A DNA stretch of 54,453 nt, counting the filler, from Catajapyx aquilonaris (lineage: Eukaryota), in NCBI GenBank assembly GCA_000934665.2. It is 2 parts of 2 records of this genome, joined end to end, with 100 filler letters (N's around TTAATTAATTAA, not from the genome) between each part and the next. Parts side by side here need not be neighbours in the genome. Positions count along the whole stretch, not along the records: positions 27,241 to 54,453 come from JYFJ02005103.1; 1 more part is not named here. One strand, 5' to 3'. Below are positions 52,943-54,453 of the stretch, in pieces; the stretch's first letter is position 1; each line of letters starts with the position of its first letter. Below the pieces are notes generated by a model. The model did not search any database and was not told the DNA's origin. It saw only the letters and a program-made list of their open reading frames with translations. The position numbers and the translations under genes were made by a program.

Positions 52943-53149
52943 CAGGGTGGTCCAAGTTCAAGTGTCGTTTTATAACGGCGATTAATAGCAGTGATTTTTC
53001 GATGACGTAGCAGCGACGCGTAAAATGTCCCACTTCGGCGCATCTTCGGCGCCATCGAAGTGGGCAATTTTACACGTCGATGCTACGTCATCGTTAAGCG
53101 CTTCTATTAATCGCCGTTATAAAACGACACTTGAACTTGGACCACCCTG
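52943..53149. mobile_element. Palindromic Tc1/mariner-type MITE (207 bp) with TA TSD
   Basis: TA|CAGGGTGGTCCAAGTTCAAGTGTCGTTTTATAACGGCGATTAATAG ... CTATTAATCGCCGTTATAAAACGACACTTGAACTTGGACCACCCTG|TA; the arms pair almost to the centre. Confidence 0.92.
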
Positions 53150-53789
53150 TATTGAATCAGTTGTTTCGAAAACAACAAGTACAGTTTTTGTGTTGCTTCC
53201 TAAGTTTCAACGCATGTATGAATGAAAAGGCATCACTCAAAGGCTTCTGCATAATTATGATGAATTGGGTATACCATGCACAGAGTTGCCCTGCCATTTT
53301 CCAAGTTGGCAGAAATATGCATTGTTCCCTCCCATATTCGTGTCTCATTGCAGATTTCACAATGTGGCATTTTCAATGACAATACAGGGTGTCTCATCTT
53401 TTTTGTCCGAACAGTTATCGGAAAATTGCGCGTAGCTGCTACTTTTTAAGCAGTGACTTGCAACCGGTGATTTGTCGGAGGAATGGGGAATGGGGAAAAA
53501 GAGGGTCACACCTTAGACCATATATACCAGTAGACGCTCCCTTTCCCTCTCAAAAGTGAAACCTCCCACTCTGAGGGGGGGATCACGTGACTTAGGGCAA
53601 AAGGGAGGCGGGAAGGCGAAATTAACATGGCGCCTTATGGGTATTACGACTATCTTTGCGCCGTCACTGTCAGGCGCCCATTGGGACTAAAAATATGCAA
53701 TGGGTAGCAAATGATAGCTCCACTCATGCCCCGTCTCATGCCGTACATCTCCATCCGAGAGGTTGAGCGGGGAAGGACATAAAAAATCC

Positions 53790-54022
53790 TACACTTTGTC
53801 ATTGTTTCTCGCCGTAAGTGCAGTTTGTGTCACTACATCACTCAAACAACCACATTAAAATGATCCAAATTTTAATATGTTGTACAAACAGTCTTCCTCT
53901 GCATATTTCACCAACTCGGGGCCGATTATAGAGGTTGATTTAATTATTCGAAAATAAAAAAGTGATATCGGAACTTAGGGCAGCTTCAGTTAGGTACTGT
54001 CCGATCAAAGTCCGTGCAAAAC

Positions 54023-54069
<47 letters not shown>

Positions 54070-54140
54070 GTAGTAGTAGTAGTAGTAGTAATAGTAATAG
54101 CAGCAGCAATAGTAGCAGTAATAATAATAATAATTGTGCC

Positions 54141-54220
<80 letters not shown>

Positions 54221-54453
54221 GTTTTGCACGGACTTTGATCGATCAGTACCTAACTGAAGCTGCCCTAAGTTCCGATATCACTTTTTTATTTTCGAATAAT
54301 TAAATCAACCTCTATAATCGACCCCGAGTTGGTGAAATATGCACAGGAAGATTGTCTGTACAACATATTAAAATTTGGATCATTTTAATGTGGTTGTTTG
54401 AGTGATGTAGTGACACAAACTGCACTTACGGCGAGAAACAATGACAAAGTGTA
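53790..54453. mobile_element. Long inverted-repeat (foldback) element with (ATA)n/(TAT)n microsatellite core; may extend past the window end
   Basis: 53790-54025 is the reverse complement of 54218-54453, with 6 mismatches counted by eye and no indels. Confidence 0.9.
54025..54218. repeat. Compound trinucleotide microsatellite (ATA)n-(GTA/GCA)n-(ATA)n ... (TAT)n
   Basis: Directly visible. Confidence 0.97.

Noticed and set aside
53962..54303. 113-aa poly-Ile/Val 'membrane protein' ORF
   Set aside because: It is the translation of the ATA/GTA/ATT microsatellite inside the inverted repeat.

Overview
Eukaryotic genomic DNA, probably an arthropod/insect (inferred from spliced genes, SINE type and papilin architecture). 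It consists of two contigs joined by an artificial 100-nt linker (27141-27240, N44-TTAATTAATTAA-N44). Left contig: (i) the last two coding exons of a + strand gene (2075-2180 joined to 4547-5106) with a Pro-rich segment, an evectin/PLEKHB-like 'VII-R-D...GML-GA' motif and a Gly/Trp-rich then acidic tail; (ii) the 3' part of papilin on the - strand, with 11 exons between 26844 and 20346. All papilin junctions are GT-AG and phase-consistent (about 1100 codons), encoding 8 Kunitz domains, a Cys-rich module, WAP, 3 Ig domains and PLAC. The N-terminal papilin exons were not found, so the gene is cut by the gap. The rest of the window is repeat-rich non-coding DNA: four tRNA-derived SINEs, three of which form a head/body/tail mosaic; several palindromic MITEs; a three-level nested DNA-transposon insertion; a probable solo LTR; decayed transposon coding remnants; tandem repeats; and a 664-bp near-perfect inverted repeat with a microsatellite core at the window end. 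No CRISPR array or prokaryotic system is supported. I could not establish a new biological system; the best leads are the SINE mosaic, the foldback element and the evectin-like protein.
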